A program made the translations under genes and the position numbers. A stretch of DNA of 39,156 nt, taken from NCBI GenBank assembly GCA_938091905.1, contig CALKOM010000020.1, positions 1 through 39,156 on the forward strand, written 5' to 3'. Below are positions 37,838 through 39,156 of this stretch, piece by piece. The stretch comes from an uncultured Verrucomicrobiales bacterium. GTDB taxonomy: Bacteria > Verrucomicrobiota > Verrucomicrobiia > Verrucomicrobiales > DEV007. A model generated the notes under the pieces. That model was given only the letters and a program-made list of their open reading frames with translations, did not search any database and was not told where the DNA came from. Each line of letters opens with the position of its first letter. Within the stretch, counting starts at the first letter, position 1.

Positions 37838-38106
37838 AGAATCACTTCCTACCCAATACGAGTTCCAAGATCAATCTAGAAGTCGTTTCCTCACGAAACC
37901 AAACAGATTATCATTACGTTGTTAGACAAAATCCAAAAACTAATAAAATCGACCAAAGCAGATAGAATAGCCAATCCAACCATTCGCCTTCTCAATCACT
38001 TCCCTCTGTTAATTTATGAAACCCTGTAACTCTATCTAAAACAGGCCTATCTCCCTCGCGTGAATCCCTCCGCCAAGCATCAAATTCACCAGTACTCATT
38101 CGCGAC

Positions 38107-38871
38107 TCACCCCAGAATCAGTTTCATCGCCATAACAAACAGGGCGATCAAAAGCACGCGCCGGATAAAGGTCTCTCCCTTACTCACCGTGAGGTGCGAT
38201 CCCAACCAGCCACCTAATGAATTCCCCACTGCTACGGAAATTCCAAGGAGCCACCAAACCTTACCATGAGAAAGGAAGACAACAAAAGCCACCGCCGTGA
38301 AGACGCCCACAATGAACACTTTATGCATGTTCACCCGGACCAGATCGAGCCGCAGAACTTTGTGAAGCACCGCCATGAGCAGAAAACCCACCCCCGCCTG
38401 AATGAACCCGCCGTACAAGCCCACACCCACCATAGCGATGTGCCCCCAGACGAACCGCCCTCGTGAGAGGGCCACCTCAGAGTTCGTATTCGCAATCACT
38501 GGCTTCTTCGGTTTGCGAGCCATAAGCACGATCACACACAACATCACGCCTGCCAGAATCTGATTGAAGAGTTCGCCGCGAATGAGCACCCCCATTCTTG
38601 CGCCCACATAAGCTCCCGGAACCGAGGCCAAAGCTAGCGTCAAACTCAGTTTGAAGTCAGAAAAACCCTGTTTCCGAAAAGCCGAAACAGCACTGACATT
38701 CTGCGCAAGAATTGCCAATCGATTCGACCCGTTGGCAACAGATTCCGGGATACCCATGAAAATCATGGACGGCAGCGTGATGAGTGAGCCACCCCCAGCA
38801 ATCACATTGAGGATCCCTGAGACGAAGCCAAGCAGCGCAAGCAAAGAGATCTCCCAGGGTTCCAATGTCAT
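38107..38871 (-). CDS. Sulfite exporter TauE/SafE family membrane protein
   Basis: NVIAGGGSLITLP, ANGSNR, YGGFIQAGVG and GNSLGG motifs with multiple TM helices. ATG 38871 preferred as start. Confidence 0.88.
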   Translation of the reverse strand: MTLEPWEISLLALLGFVSGILNVIAGGGSLITLPSMIFMGIPESVANGSNRLAILAQNVSAVSAFRKQGFSDFKLSLTLALASVPGAYVGARMGVLIRGELFNQILAGVMLCVIVLMARKPKKPVIANTNSEVALSRGRFVWGHIAMVGVGLYGGFIQAGVGFLLMAVLHKVLRLDLVRVNMHKVFIVGVFTAVAFVVFLSHGKVWWLLGISVAVGNSLGGWLGSHLTVSKGETFIRRVLLIALFVMAMKLILG

Positions 38872-39156
38872 GACCGTGGCTATAACGTCCTTTCGCTGAC
38901 CTTTCCAGTCAGAGTGTCCTGAAGCCGAATAAGAAGCCAATCCTATTCCGGAGGGCCGCGACTCCTTTGAGCATCTGCAATGCCAGACCTACTCCCCCCC
39001 CTTTCCAATGATGCGGCCTAGGAGTCTGTCGGAGTTAGACTGACGGCTCCGAGTGATTTGGTTGTGACGGGTGATTCCAAGGACGTCTTTGGAGGCCGCG
39101 CTGATTGATGCCCTTGGTAATAGTGGTTGCGATGATGGGCGCTTTGGCTCGAATCT

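Noticed and set aside
2080..38940. Extended ORF-track starts at 2080, 4281, 7405, 26734, 28732, 29631 and 38940
   Set aside because: They overlap neighbouring genes or repeats, or add sequence that does not resemble the family. Downstream ATGs fit the family N-termini or signal peptides.
38954..39026. Two complementary pairs (GGCCGC/GCGGCC and GACTCCT/AGGAGTC) suggesting a pseudoknot or riboswitch upstream of the TauE gene
   Set aside because: The stems are short, loop lengths of 0 and 1 nt are incompatible with an H-type pseudoknot, and no known riboswitch motif was recognised.

Overview
A bacterial chromosomal window of roughly mid-50s % GC (estimated by eye). The gene content suggests Verrucomicrobia or the wider PVC group, which is inference only. 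In order it holds: a class II aldolase/SDR fusion with dhaK-dhaL; a decayed GxxExxY gene between imperfect inverted repeats; recC-recB-recD; nfeD-floA plus a YqfB-like gene; a heavily decayed S9 (DPP-IV-like) peptidase pseudogene that the ORF track misses; a 2945-aa FkbH/NRPS/PKS-like mosaic; an ankyrin lipoprotein; an isoaspartyl peptidase; a minus-strand iolA/iolE-like/iolG block; two PLP enzymes; a Cys-less thioredoxin-like/SHD1 protein; an EF-hand protein; a methyltransferase; a sialidase-like protein; a PhyH dioxygenase; and a TauE/SafE transporter. The standout is the 8.8-kb mosaic. Its reading frame is intact, yet every recognisable domain (FkbH, E/C, AT, aminotransferase, A, TE) has a broken catalytic motif, and no KS or carrier domain is visible. 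It is a candidate non-catalytic 'pseudo-megasynthetase'. No rRNA, tRNA or CRISPR array was recognised. All family calls come from motif recognition, not database searches.
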